Positions 24,562 to 37,289 of a DNA stretch of 64,000 nt are shown here, piece after piece. This DNA is from Cenococcum geophilum (Eukaryota): positions 12,586,001 through 12,650,000 of the forward strand of contig CP158636.1 in the NCBI GenBank assembly GCA_050273025.1, read 5' to 3'. The position numbers were made by a program, and so were the translations under genes. Positions within the stretch are counted from its first letter, which is position 1. Every line of letters starts with the position of its first letter. A model generated the notes under the pieces. The model was not told the origin of the DNA. It was given only the letters and a program-made list of their open reading frames with translations, and did not search any database.

Positions 24562-27440
24562 TATCTTATTAATAACCTAAATAAGGGCTTTATTAAGCAT
24601 AGCTAAGCCCCTTTTACCTTACCTATTCTCTTTATTAAAAAGCTAAATAGAGGCCTCTACTTTTATATTAACTACTATAAGCTAAATAATATAACCCGCA
24701 AAGACCGCTATCCGCTGCCCCTATTTAATAAGACTTTAGCCCAAATAAGTAGAGCTAAGGTCTTTATAAAGCTTAATATCCGCTAGGCCTTCTACTAAAT
24801 TAAAATAAACCCTAGGTTTAAAGATCTTATTATATTTTAAACCCATTACGGAATGTATAAATATAAGGTACTCCCTTTTAGACTAACTAATAGACTAGCT
24901 ATATACTAGCGGTATATAAATAATATACTCTTTAACTACCTTATCGACTTTTATATAGCCTATTTAGATAATATTATAATTTACTTTAAGAATAAGCTAG
25001 AATATAAGAAGTATGTCTATAAAGTCCTATAACAGCTCCGCGGGGCTAGCTTCTAGGTTAACATTAAAAAGTTAAAGTTTAGTATTAAGCGTATAAAGTA
25101 CTTAGGTTTTATTATTAGTATAAACGGAATTAAAACTAACCTAGAGAAGACGGCTATAATTAACTAGTAGGTACCCCTACGGACTATAAAGGGGGTATAA
25201 TTATTTTTAGGTTTTTATAACTTTTATTAACGCTTTATTAAGAACTATAGTAGGATCGCCTGGCCTCTTAACCGTCTTACTAGAAAAGACTAGCTCTTTT
25301 ACTTTAACGCTATATATAGACAGGCCTTTAATAAACTTAAGAAACGGCTAGTATTAGCTCCCTTACTTACCTATTTTAACCCAGAACGGCCCTTAATGCT
25401 AGAAACTAATGCCTTAGATAGCGTAATAGCTAGTATTTTTTCCTAAAAGCAACCGGACGGAGAGTAGCACCCTATTATATACTATTTAAAGACTATAATA
25501 GATGTTAAGCTAAACTACTATATCTATAATAAAGAAATACTAGCTATTATCTCTAGCTTTTAGTACTGGTGTATATAGCTAGAGGGGACCCCTAAGCCGA
25601 TTAAGGTAGTTTTAGATTATAAGGCCCTAGAATACTTTATAATAACTAAGGCCCTTATAGCCTGGTAGGTACGCTAGGTAGATACCCTATCTTAGTTTAA
25701 CTTCTTAATTATATATAGACTAGGCGCTACGAACTATACGGACGCTCTTATAAGGCGTAAGTAAGATTTAGATAACTAGATAGCTATAAAGATTTTATTA
25801 TAGACCTAGACGCTACTATAACTAAAATACCTTAACCCTTAGATATAGGCAGAACTAAGTACAGACTCCTTAGGCGCCGAGATATATCCTATTAACTCCT
25901 CTAAACTTAACCTTATTAATAAACTCCTCTAGGCTAACTAAATAACCCCCTCTCTATAGGAGTACCGTAAAAAGGTAAAGAACGTTACTAGCCTATAAAC
26001 CCTTAAAAACGGACTACTTAAGTACTAGAAATGGCTAGTAGTAGCTAAAAAATAGAACTTACGGACCTGGCTTATTGCTAAAGCTTATACCTAGGTTTTT
26101 ACAGCCTACCCTAAAAAAAAAGACCTGTAAGATTATTAGTGAACGCTACTACTAGCCTGGAATAGTTATAGATATTAACCGCTATATACGGAACTATAAC
26201 AACTACCGCAGATCTATAATTCCTTAAGATAAGACCCTAGAACTATTAAAACTACTCCTAATATTAGAACGCCCCTAGTAGTATATCTTTATAGACTTTT
26301 ATAAACTACCTACGGACCGTAACGGATACGATATAGTTATAATCCTAGTTAACCGCTTTAGTAAGCGCCCGTTTTTAATCTCCTATTATAAAAATATTAA
26401 TGCTAAAGAGGTGGCCCGACTATATATCTACTACGTCTACCGAATTTATAGACTACTAGATACTATTATATCCGATTATAGGCCGTAATTTATTTTAGCT
26501 TTCTAGAATAAGTTTACCTAAATCTTAGGTATTAAGCTAAAGCTTTTTATAGCATACTACCCCCAAATAGATAGTTAGACGGAAATTGTATATTAATACT
26601 TAGACTAGAGACTTCGGCCCTTTATTAACTACTTCTAAGATAACTAGGCTAAACTACTATCCCTAATAGACTACGCCTAAGCAACCCTACCTTATAACTT
26701 TATAGGATTTGCCCCTATCTAGCTAGAAATGGGCTACTTACCCCGTATAAGCTTTGACTGGAAAAGACTAAAAGGACCCTAGACTATACGCAAAAAACTA
26801 TTTTATAAGGAAGCTTAGCAGTACGCTAAGCGCTTAGAAGAAGCCTAGATAGTAGCCCATATAAATCTAGAAAAGGCATAGAAATTAATATAATAGTAGG
26901 CAAATAAGTATAGGTAAGAGCCTAACTTTACCGTAGGAGATATAGACTAGGTTATAACAAAGAACTAAAAGATAGAACGACCTAGCCGTAAGCTAAACTA
27001 TTAGATAGTAGGACCGTATAAGGTTCTTAAGAAAATAGGTAATGTGTATAAAGTAAAGCTCCTAGATTTAATTAAAGTTTACCCTATTTTCTCTTTAGAT
27101 AAACTATAGAAAGCTATAAACAACCTATTACCTAGATAAAAGAATAAACCTCCCCTACCAATTTAAGTTAATGGCGATAATAAATAGGAAATTAAAGAAA
27201 TACTGGCCTTTAAGCTTATAAGGGGAATATTAAAATATTGTGTTAGTTAGAAAGGGTACGACCTAGACCCCACTTAGTACCCTATATAGAACTTTATAGG
27301 TAGTCCCTATAAGCTTTAGAAATTCTATAGTTATTACCCTAATAAACCCGGACCCCTAAAGCACCTTAATAAGTAAATAGAGTGCTATAATAGCGAAGAT
27401 AATAAGCTGCCTATTAAGTATAAAGATAAGAATACCCTAT

Positions 27441-27588
27441 CCCTTCGGCTGGTAGATTTGGTCCTACGGTTATTAATAAGAGCCAGCTAATAGAATTAAC
27501 AGGATTAAGGCCCTATAACTATACGCGTACTTTTGATTCTGGTGTTCGCGTATAGTCCAACTATTGTAGAACCTTATCAGCCGAAGGG
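27441..27588. mobile_element. 148-bp MITE, probably piggyBac-like
   Basis: TIR CCCTTCGGCTG(G/A)TA; flanks CTAT|...|ATAG. Shares the subterminal motif ACGCGTA-n-TGGTGTTCGCG with the piggyBac-like element (~43126-43152). Confidence 0.75.
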
Positions 27589-28488
27589 ATAGACATAATA
27601 TAGACGTACAAAGCCTAAGGGCGGGCTTTTTTGGAGAGGGGGGGGGGGTAATATTACGGCACTAGTGGAAACTAGTAGATTGTAGCTAATAAATATCGGT
27701 AGATTATAACGGATAGTTATAAATAGTTATAAATAGTTGCAGATAGTCGTAGATAGTTATAGACAGTTTTATACAGTTTTAGATAGTTGTCGTTATATAA
27801 CTAGAGGATCGTATATAACGTTAAGCAGCGCTACCCTCTATCTCCTTTTATTTCTTTAGCTTTAAATCTTTATTTATAAACTACTAATCATATAGGCTTA
27901 CGCGTCCCTTTTACCGTACTTATGCCTTGATTAACTAAGTTGCTAACATTAGGCGGTTATAATACTCTACTAGTACCTTTATAGTAGGGTTAGTATACTT
28001 CTTTAGTACTAAGGCCTTTGTTACGGACGCTTTAAGTACAATGTTATGACTACTAGGAGAAGAGTCGGAAGAAGCTAGTTAGTTGATTTAGGTATGGTCT
28101 AGGATGGAGCCAATAGAGCTATGTGACGAGGAATGGTAACTAAGGTCACGTAGGGTGATTTATATAATCTGTAGGATCTATATAATCCGTAACAGAGTAG
28201 ATAGAGTATATGTATATTACGTATAAGAAGGATTTCTTAGGAGTACGGTTGTGTATTTAAAGAACCATAGTCCCTACCTAGATAGTTCCTTTCTTATAGT
28301 GATTCTTAGAATACAATTAGAGTTAATCTATTAGGCAACCACTCTACTAGTTATTATTATCTTATTGACCTCTATACTTGCATTTCCTATATACCTAGCT
28401 TAATAACAAGCCTACCGTAGTTCTTACTATAAGGTTCCGTTATATAATTACTACTTAGTTACGGTATTAGTATAGAGAGTTAAATAAA

Positions 28489-31400
28489 ATGCCACTAAAA
28501 GCAGCTACTATAATGCTATTAACGGCAGCAACTACTTTAAGGTTAGGTAACGATACCAGTATAGTAGATACTGACTTATAGTAACCTATAATGGTCGGAC
28601 AACTATAAGAGATAGTTGATTAGTTAATAGAAAATAATATAACGTTGGAAAATAGGATTAACGGGATAGGCGCAGCAAAGGTTAAGTTACTATTAATTAA
28701 AAGATACTTAGGAGAGAAATTAAAGCTTAAAGGATTCCTTATATAAATGCACTTTAAGGTAGCATAGGAAGGAGTAAAGCTGGTAATACCTATGGATTAA
28801 ATAGCGTATGCAGGACTGTTCTTAACAGGAAGGGCACTTAAGTGGTTTAAGTTTTACCTTATAGAGATATAAGCGAATGGCATAACGACTACTAACTAAG
28901 AGGTACGGTTTATGTTCTTAAGCTAGAATGGATTTATAGAGTGACTTATATAGATATTTGGAGACCTAGAGGCAATAACTATAGTAAAGAGAAAGCTCTA
29001 AAACCTAACGCAATAAACCTTAGTAATTAAGTATATAATGTAATTCTAGATGTTAGTAATATAAGTAGAGTGGAATAATAGGGCGCTTATGGTATAGTAT
29101 AAATAGGGACTTAAGGCTAAAGTTTAGGACGTAATTATTCTAATGGAAGATACGGACACCTTAAGGGAACTAATAGATTAGGTAATTAAGATTAATAATT
29201 GGATTTACTAAAGGGAATAGGCTAAGAAAGGTTAGGATAGAGTTTTATAGTTATATAAGGCGTAGAGTACGTAACAATAAAAGCTAAGTTAAAAACTATA
29301 GTATGGCGTAGAGCTAATAGACCTAAGTGGTACTAAAGAAGCCTATAAAAGAAGGAGTAAGAAACTATAGAAACCTAGAGGATAAGAATTAAGTAATTAA
29401 GAGCCTAAGGAGTAGAGGCTAAATTAGGGATCTTAGCAGTAGAAGATATTTAGGCGGACTTTATAGCAAGAAAGATAGTTTAAAAAAGGAGCTTATATAA
29501 ATTGCGGGAAATAGGGTCACTATATTAGAGACTATAGAAGTGGATAAAGTTACTATATAGTAAAGGGTATAAGACTAGTAGATAATATATACGTATAGAG
29601 GGATAATAATATGCTATAAGGAATAAAAGAATGTTTAATTAAAAGTTTTGCGTTTTGTTATAATAATATATACTAAATTTATAAGGACGCTAAGTATGGC
29701 GTAAGCTATTAGCTATAAGAGCTATAACCTATAGAATATAAAGGAACTAACAAACTAGCTCGTAGATTAGATATTAAGGACGATGATTTTAATATAGGCA
29801 AAGTATTTTATAATAATAAGGTAATAAAGGCAGCTTACTAGGAGTATGTAGACCTCGGAGATGTTATACTAGAGGTAGAAGATGATTCCACTATAGAATA
29901 GGGAATATTAGTAGAGATTAAGACCCTACTAGATATAATATCTATCGCTTCGCGAGACGTAAGAGAAGTAGGATAATAAACTACTTCGGCACTTAATAAA
30001 GGCAAAAGGCTAAAGGCTTAAGACTCTTAAGACGAGATGTAAGACGACTAAGATTCTTAAGACGAGATAAGGCAAGCTTAAGGACCTATAATAGATGATA
30101 ACCGATGGAGTAGAGCAGCGGCTTAGTTTAGTAATATATAAATAAGCTTAGGACGGAAGTTCCTATAGATATAAGACTCTTAAGATAAGATAAGTGAGAT
30201 TTAAGACTCTTAAGATAAGATAAGAACACTAAGTAAGCCTAGTTGGACTAAGGCTAGAGCTAAGCTTAAGTTAGAAGCAAGCTTAGGATTAAGGATCTAA
30301 AGGGACTAAAAATTCGGAGTATGAATTAAGACACCTATAGAAAAGAGGTAAGGAGCTTCTTTACAGATTAGAGAATCTGCGGCGCAAATAGTAATTAGAT
30401 TAGGAGATAGATATATAGACCTAGAAGACTTACTAATAGAATATAGTATTTAGACTGAAGATTAAAGAGCTAATATAAAAATTAAGAAGTAAGAGAACTT
30501 TAAGGATTAAAGCGTAAGACGTAAACTAAAGGAAACTATAGAAGAATTTAGGTAAAGAATTATCGTATGGTAAGAATAGAAACTAGATAAGAGATCTAGT
30601 ATAGTAGGACGTATAAAGGATAGAGCGCTAGTATAAAGAATTACTAATAGGCCTAGGGCAGGTATACTAAGAGCTAAATGGCTTACTAAACTAGAAGATA
30701 AAGAGAATCTAGGAATTCTAACTAGGTTTAAAGAGCGACATATAAAGGGCTGTCACGATATAGTAATGAGAAGATACTTCCTTACGGATAAACTGTATAT
30801 ACTCTAGCAGCTATACCAAAGATGGTATAGGCAAAGGCATAATAATAAGTGGGAAGATTTCTATATATAGTTGGATAAAAGAGTTATTTAAGACCACCTA
30901 ATTATAGAAAGGGCTATAACATATATTAAAGGAGCCTTAATTATAACGTTAAAGGATCTAGAGGAATAATTAGAGGATTAGAGAAGTAAGAGACGCATCT
31001 TAGTACCTATAAATAAAGTTATAACGTTTAGATTAATATAATAAAGGTTTAAACTTAAGGATAAAGATGAGTTAAGAGTTAACCTAAAGCACCTAGTATA
31101 CTATACGTTATTATAGATTGCGTGTATGGATAATATATATAAGATATATAAGAATCTAAAAGAAAAGAATTGGAAATACCCTATAAGGATATACTGAATA
31201 ATAGATAAGTAATAGTATAGGAATGCTAAATATATATATAGATGGCATCTAATAGAGGTTTAAGAGGAAGGAAGCTTAGTATTTTAACTAGGAAGATTCC
31301 TTATAGAAGAATGCTTAAATGGACGATAGTGGTGGGAATGCTTAGAGAATACGTGTCTATAGTATATTAAAGATAAAAAGTAAACTAGGTATTGGCTAAA

Positions 31401-34400
31401 GAGCAAGCTAAGTATACTAAGATTAAGTAGCTAATAGTTAGGAAAAGTAGAGGCCTATAGAACTAGAGGGAGCTAGTAGTAGAGCCTTAGACCCTTAAAG
31501 GAATTTAAGGATAATACCTAAATTTATAAGTTAAATGGTAAGATTAACAGTTTAAAGCGCTAATAGATAGTGGAGTAACGTAAAACTATATCTTACTAGT
31601 AATAGTTAAGAGAATAGGACTACCTTATAGATAAAAGGAGTAACCTTACCTATTAGTTACAATTTTAGGAGATCTAATAGCCTATGGAGGAGGGATTATT
31701 AATCTTAAAATAGGACCTATTTAAATAACTATTAAAGGGAGATAAATTAAGATGTCTTTTAATATCCTACTATTAGGATAGGATAAGGTAGTATTAGGCA
31801 TGCCTTGGTTATAAGAATATAATCTAAGGATCGATTGGATTATAGGTTAAGTTAATATTAGGAATACTTAACGCCGTAAGTAGTAATAATAAGCTAAGTT
31901 AGTATAGTACTAAATTAAAGCGATATATAAAGAGACTAAGCGAGGCTTAAGTTATATACTAAAGAGATACTATAAGTACGGTAAGAAACTATAGTTACTA
32001 GAAAGTGAAAAGCTGTTAGAGTATATAGTATAGGACTATAAGATAGAATTGGAATTAGGAATAAGTCTAAAGTTCTTTTTAATCTATAAGCTTACTAAAG
32101 AAGAAGGTAGAGCACTAAAAGAGTTTATCTAAGAAAACCTATAAAAGGGATATATTAGACCATCGCAGTTATTAGCGGGTTATCTAGTACTATTTATACT
32201 AAAGAAGAATGGTAAACTAAGGCTGTATATCGATTATAGATAGTTAAATAGCATTACTAGAATAGATAGGTATCCTTTACCCTTAATTAGCGAAATCTAA
32301 GATAGGATAGGTAATGCGCAAATTTTTATAAAGATAAATTTAAGATAGGCGTACTACTAGATTAGAATTAAGGAAGGTAATAAATAGAAGGCAGCCTTTA
32401 GGATAAGGGAAGGACTATATAAACTATTAGTTATATAATTCGGGCTTATAAACGCACTAGTAATATTCTAGAAGCGTATTAATAACATATTAGGAAAACA
32501 CCTGGATAAATATATTATAGTATACCTCGACGATATTATTATCTACTTAATAACTAAGAAAGAATATGGGGAATATATTAAATGGGTGTTAAAGAGACTA
32601 TAGGAAGAATAGATACTAGTAATAATTAAGAAATGCGAGTTCTTTACTAGAAAGACCAATTTTGTTAAATTTATTATTAAACTAGGCCAACTTAGTATAG
32701 ATCTAAAAAAAATTAAGGCTATAGTAAATTAGTAAGAACTAGAGAACGTTATATAGTTAAGATTATTTCTAGGGTTTTGCAATTACTATAGAAGGTTTAT
32801 AGCATAATAGTTAAAGGATATTAAGCTATTTACGCGATTAATAAAGAAAGAAGAACTATAGGTATAGGAAGAGGAATAAAGAGAACTCTTTAAAAAAAGT
32901 TAAGGAATTATTTACCTAGGAGCCAGTTCTTAAGATCTATTAACTAGGACTAAAAACGGTTATAGAAACGGATATATTAGATTATATACTAGGGGCGTAC
33001 TTTATATAGAAATATTAGGATAGATGGCACCTAGTGGTATACTATAGTTGGAAAATAATACCACTAGAGTTAAACTATGACATCTATAATAAGGAGTTAT
33101 TAGATATAATTACAGCGTTAAAGAAATAGAGAGCATTCTTATAAGGTATAGAGAAACTATTTATAGTTAAGACGGATTATAAGAACTTAATAGAATTCCT
33201 AATAATAAAGGAACTTAACTAAAGATAGGTTAGATAGGCGGAGATACTTATAGAATACTATTTTGAGATTTAGTATACTAAGGGCACGGATAATATAGGA
33301 GTAGATACTCTAAGTTATAAGGCTAAACTATAAAATAACAAAAAGCTATTGGGGGCTTTACTGTAAAAAAATATAGACGGATTAATTAGGTATAATTATT
33401 TAAAAATTATAGTAACTTAAGAAGAACTAAATAGAGTTTACGAGATACCGGAAAGCTTTTAGGTATAAAGGATTCTAGAAGTATAGCTAAAAGATCTATA
33501 GACGGATATATACGAAAACTAAGAAGTAAAGTATATCCTAAGAAGTATAGTAGAGTAGTTTATAGAGGACTTTTATAAGGGACTTTTATAAGGGCATAAT
33601 GGAGCTATAGGATTAGTGTTAAGACTCTAGGAGAAGTATATTATTAACGGAATCTAAAGGATAGCTAGAAAGGTTACTAGAGAGTGTCTAAATTGCTAAA
33701 GAAATAAACTAATAAGGTATAAACTATATAAAGGGTTATAACCTATTAAAACACTAGAAAGACTATAGGAGGTTATATTATAGGACTTTATTATTAAGTT
33801 GCTAAAGTTAAGAGATCCTATTACTGGATAAGATTATAATATAATCTTAGTGATAATAGATAAGCTTATAAAGTAGGGATACTTTATAGCATATATAGAA
33901 GAAATCTTAGTAGAGGATATCGCTAGAATCTATATTAGAGAAGTATTTATAAAATATAGAGCACTAAGTAAGATTATATTAAATAGAGATCTAAGATTCG
34001 TAGTAGCATTCTGGGAGGTATTCTTAGCAGAGTAAGAAGTTTAAGCAGTAACTTCTACTACATATTATCCGCAGACAGACGGCTAAATAGAAAGATTAAA
34101 TTAGACGCTAGAATAGTATTTAAGACATTATATTAATTATATATAGAATAATTAGGTATCGCTATTACTAATTATATAGTTTATATATAATATAATACCT
34201 TAAAAAGGAATAGGCATATTACTATTTAAGGCGAATTATGGATATAAGCTAAGAATATCGTTGTTATTATAATAAGTAAAGAAAATAAGTAGTATAGCTA
34301 AAGAAAGAATAAAGATATTAATAAATCTTTATGTAGACCTTATGGAATTAGTAAAGAAAGTATAAGAGAGAATAAAAAAGTACTATAATGCTAGGAGATC

Positions 34401-34850
34401 TAAGGGACCAGATTTTAAGGAGGGGGATAAAGTATAGCTACTATATAAAAATTTTAAGAGTTAATAACTAAGTAAGAAGTTAGACCACGTTAGACTAGGA
34501 CCTTTTAAAATTATATAAAGGATTTTACTAGTTATATTTAAGTTAAACCTACCAGCCAAAATAAAGATCTACCCTATATAGTATATCGCAATACTAGAGC
34601 TAGTATACGGAAATATTAAGCTACTAATTTACAAAGTAGATATGTATAGAGAATAGGAAGAAGACAAATAGTAAGTTTTAAAGATTGTTAGTTATAAGGA
34701 CATTAATAATAAAACATAGTATAAGGTTAAGTAAATAGGCTATACTAAGACTACCTAGGAGCCACTAGAGAATTTAAAGAACGCTATAAAAAAGGTATAG
34801 GAGTATCGGAAGAGATTAGGTTAGGTAGCATTAATAAAAAAGAATTACTA
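28489..34850 (+). pseudogene. Gypsy C extended gag and pol (PR, RT, RNase H, IN, chromodomain), RIP-inactivated
   Basis: ATG at 28489; knuckle ~29493-29535; PR ALIDSG (~31557); RT LRLYIDYR (~32217) and VYLDDIIIY (~32519); IN YYPQTDG*IERLN (~34062); chromodomain ~34660-34810. Confidence 0.88.
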
Positions 34851-34869
34851 AAGAATAAGTTACCTAAGG

Positions 34870-35456
34870 GGGACCTAAGAGGAACAGCTACTGAGGTACT
34901 TAAGTCTATTTCCTTCCCTATTAGAAGAGAATTTATTCTTTTATCGCCAAGTTCCTACAAACCTTATTCTATAAGTCTCTACTCCTTAAAGCGCACCTTC
35001 TTATAAACCTTCTTAAGACGGATTAACCAAGCGAACGCTATAAGACGAGATTTAAGAGCCCGTTATTAAGCATCAGCAGCTTCTTATTTAGTATTATAAG
35101 AACGGCGTAGTTCCGCTAGAGTAACAGACAGTTTATTATCTAGCCGCGCAGCAGCAGATTAAATACAAGACCCTAAGATAACTTAATTAGGGAACTAGAC
35201 GACTATTAAGAGTAATAGGTTATATATATTTAGCATTAAAGATAGAGCGAACGTTACAGGACAAACGAATATTCGCTTTAGTGCACTCTAAGTAAGAGGA
35301 CGGTTGTTGCAAAAATGGGTTCGCTAATATAATATAAACTAACCTCTTTGTTAAACAATGAGAATATAGAGACGGTATAATCTTACTAAGAGACAGTATC
35401 GCAGCGACAGTGCGAGCACGACAAGCGGTTAAAGAAGAAGAAATTACTTTAGGTAT
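34870..35456 (-). pseudogene. Antisense accessory gene in gypsy C: Zn(II)2Cys6-like motif plus coiled coil, with a putative 55-bp intron (35227-35173)
   Basis: ORF track 35220..35465 reads YSHC-x6-Y-x13-YLEC-x8-C, and the Tyr codons TAY are RIP products of Cys TGY. Donor ATATAT (reverted: GTATGT), branch CTAAT, acceptor TAG. The spliced frame continues WSCI*SAAARLDNKLSVTLAELRR...RLKKVYKKVRFKE*RLIE*GL*EL. Confidence 0.65.
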
Positions 35457-37289
35457 AATAAGCAATAATACTAACTAAATTAATTAGACGGATATTATAC
35501 CTCTAGTAAACAACTTAGAGATATTTTAAATCTTTAAGGACGAAGATAGAGAGGAGGGAGATAGTGTTACGGACGCTTTAAGTACAATATTATAACTACT
35601 AGGAGAAGAGTCGAAAAAGCTAGTTAGTTAATTTAGGTATAGTCTAGAATAGAGCCGATAAAGCTATATAACGAGAAATGGTAACTAAGGTTATATAGGG
35701 TGATCTATATAATTTATAGGATCTATATAATCCGTAATAGAGTAGATAGAGTATATATACATTACGTATAAGAAGGATTTCTTAGGAGTACGGTTATCCT
35801 ATGCGCCGTTAAGAAAGGCGTACTCGTAAGCGAACTAACTAGAGTTTCTAGATTAAATTGAATCTTGGCGAAATAAAGCTATAGATTTAATTAACGAATT
35901 AAGGCTCTAAATCATTATAATAAAGCTTAAATTTAATATATAATTAACTCTATTATGTCCTAATTAGGCTAAGGTATTCCTACTAGCAAAGTCCTTTTTT
36001 ATAAAGGGGTATATTGCATAAAGCACAGCCAAATTTAGTCCTTAGAGGACAATATTATCTTACCCATTCCTTACTACCGCAAGGTTTCTATATTATGTTT
36101 ACTAAAAGCTCTATAAAAGGCTTTATTTTTACTTGCTTATTTACACCTCTTCTACCTATAGTATAAGCTACATAGCTTGGCTTTTTAGGAAACAGCTAAA
36201 TGGGCTTATGCCTATGTTCCTCCGCAGGAGCCTTATAAATATCCTTATCCTTTATTATAGCAGACGGGCTAGGTGGTTTAGTAAGACGTTTACTATATTT
36301 AAATAAGGCACTAATAAGGTCTTCGCGGAAGGCTTTATGGGTACTATAGGTGGGCCAATGGCTAGGGACTGACTTAGTAGAGAGTTTATAGCAATTAGTA
36401 ACAGTTATATTAAAAAGAAAGTAGTAGAGGGACTTCTACGACTTTAAGTATGTCCTCTGTGTGTTATAATATAACCTTAGTTAATTGGCTTAATTAACGC
36501 CGCCTATAAAGTGGTTGTATATATTAATAAACTATAGTATTAAGAGCTCCTTTATAGCCTTGTTTCCGAAGATTTTACGCGTTTATTGGGCTCTAGATAC
36601 TATAGTAGTAGGATGTTATTGCGTTTGTTAAACCTTAACCCTACCTAGTAATATATAACGTCACTATCCGCAGAGCTTTGTTTTTGGATAGTAAATATAC
36701 CTAAATTAACTATATTTATAAAAAGTACTATATCGGCGTCTTTTTAGGCAAACTCTATAATAGAGCCATCCTTTAAAAGCCTCCCGTATAACTTCCCCTA
36801 TTTAATCTACCCTAAATATACTAATTTGAGATCTACAAGCGACCAATTAATATACTTAGGAGGATCCTTTTTTAGGTATGAAGCTGGCTCCGTTTATTCA
36901 GCTTCCTATTTATTAACTACCTTACGTTTTGTTTTGGTTATTTATACAGTTCCTATAGCTCTAATTCCTTTCTTACGAAGCTAATAAAGTAGCTTAACGC
37001 TTATAAAAAGGTTATCTAGCTATATAATATAATAATAATAATAATAATAATTCATTGCTTAACGTCCGATTTGGATCCCTATTGGGCCCACGCGGACTAC
37101 TCCTTATTTACATATGGGGAGAAAACTCTATTTAAGAAAAATGAGAAAACCCCATGATTTATCTCCCCGCCTTTTGGGACTCGCCTACTTAGCGCCTATA
37201 AGTTGCCTATAGTGCTCTACTACCTTACTGTTTAACCTTCTTGGGAACTACTGCTGCCGTAATAAGCCTATGGACGCGCTAGTATTATA

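Larger units (their letters stand above)
20197..27438 (+). pseudogene. Gypsy B gag-pol with chromodomain, RIP-inactivated and split by the pogo-like transposon
   Basis: Aligns by eye with 12437-17605. Confidence 0.88.
19515..27948 (+). mobile_element. Chromoviral Ty3/gypsy (gypsy B, close relative of gypsy A); LTRs 19515-19811 and 27652-27948
   Basis: 297-bp LTRs; TSD TTAAG/TTAGG (one G>A change); G-run polypurine tract at ~27633-27648; internal region colinear with gypsy A. Confidence 0.93.
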
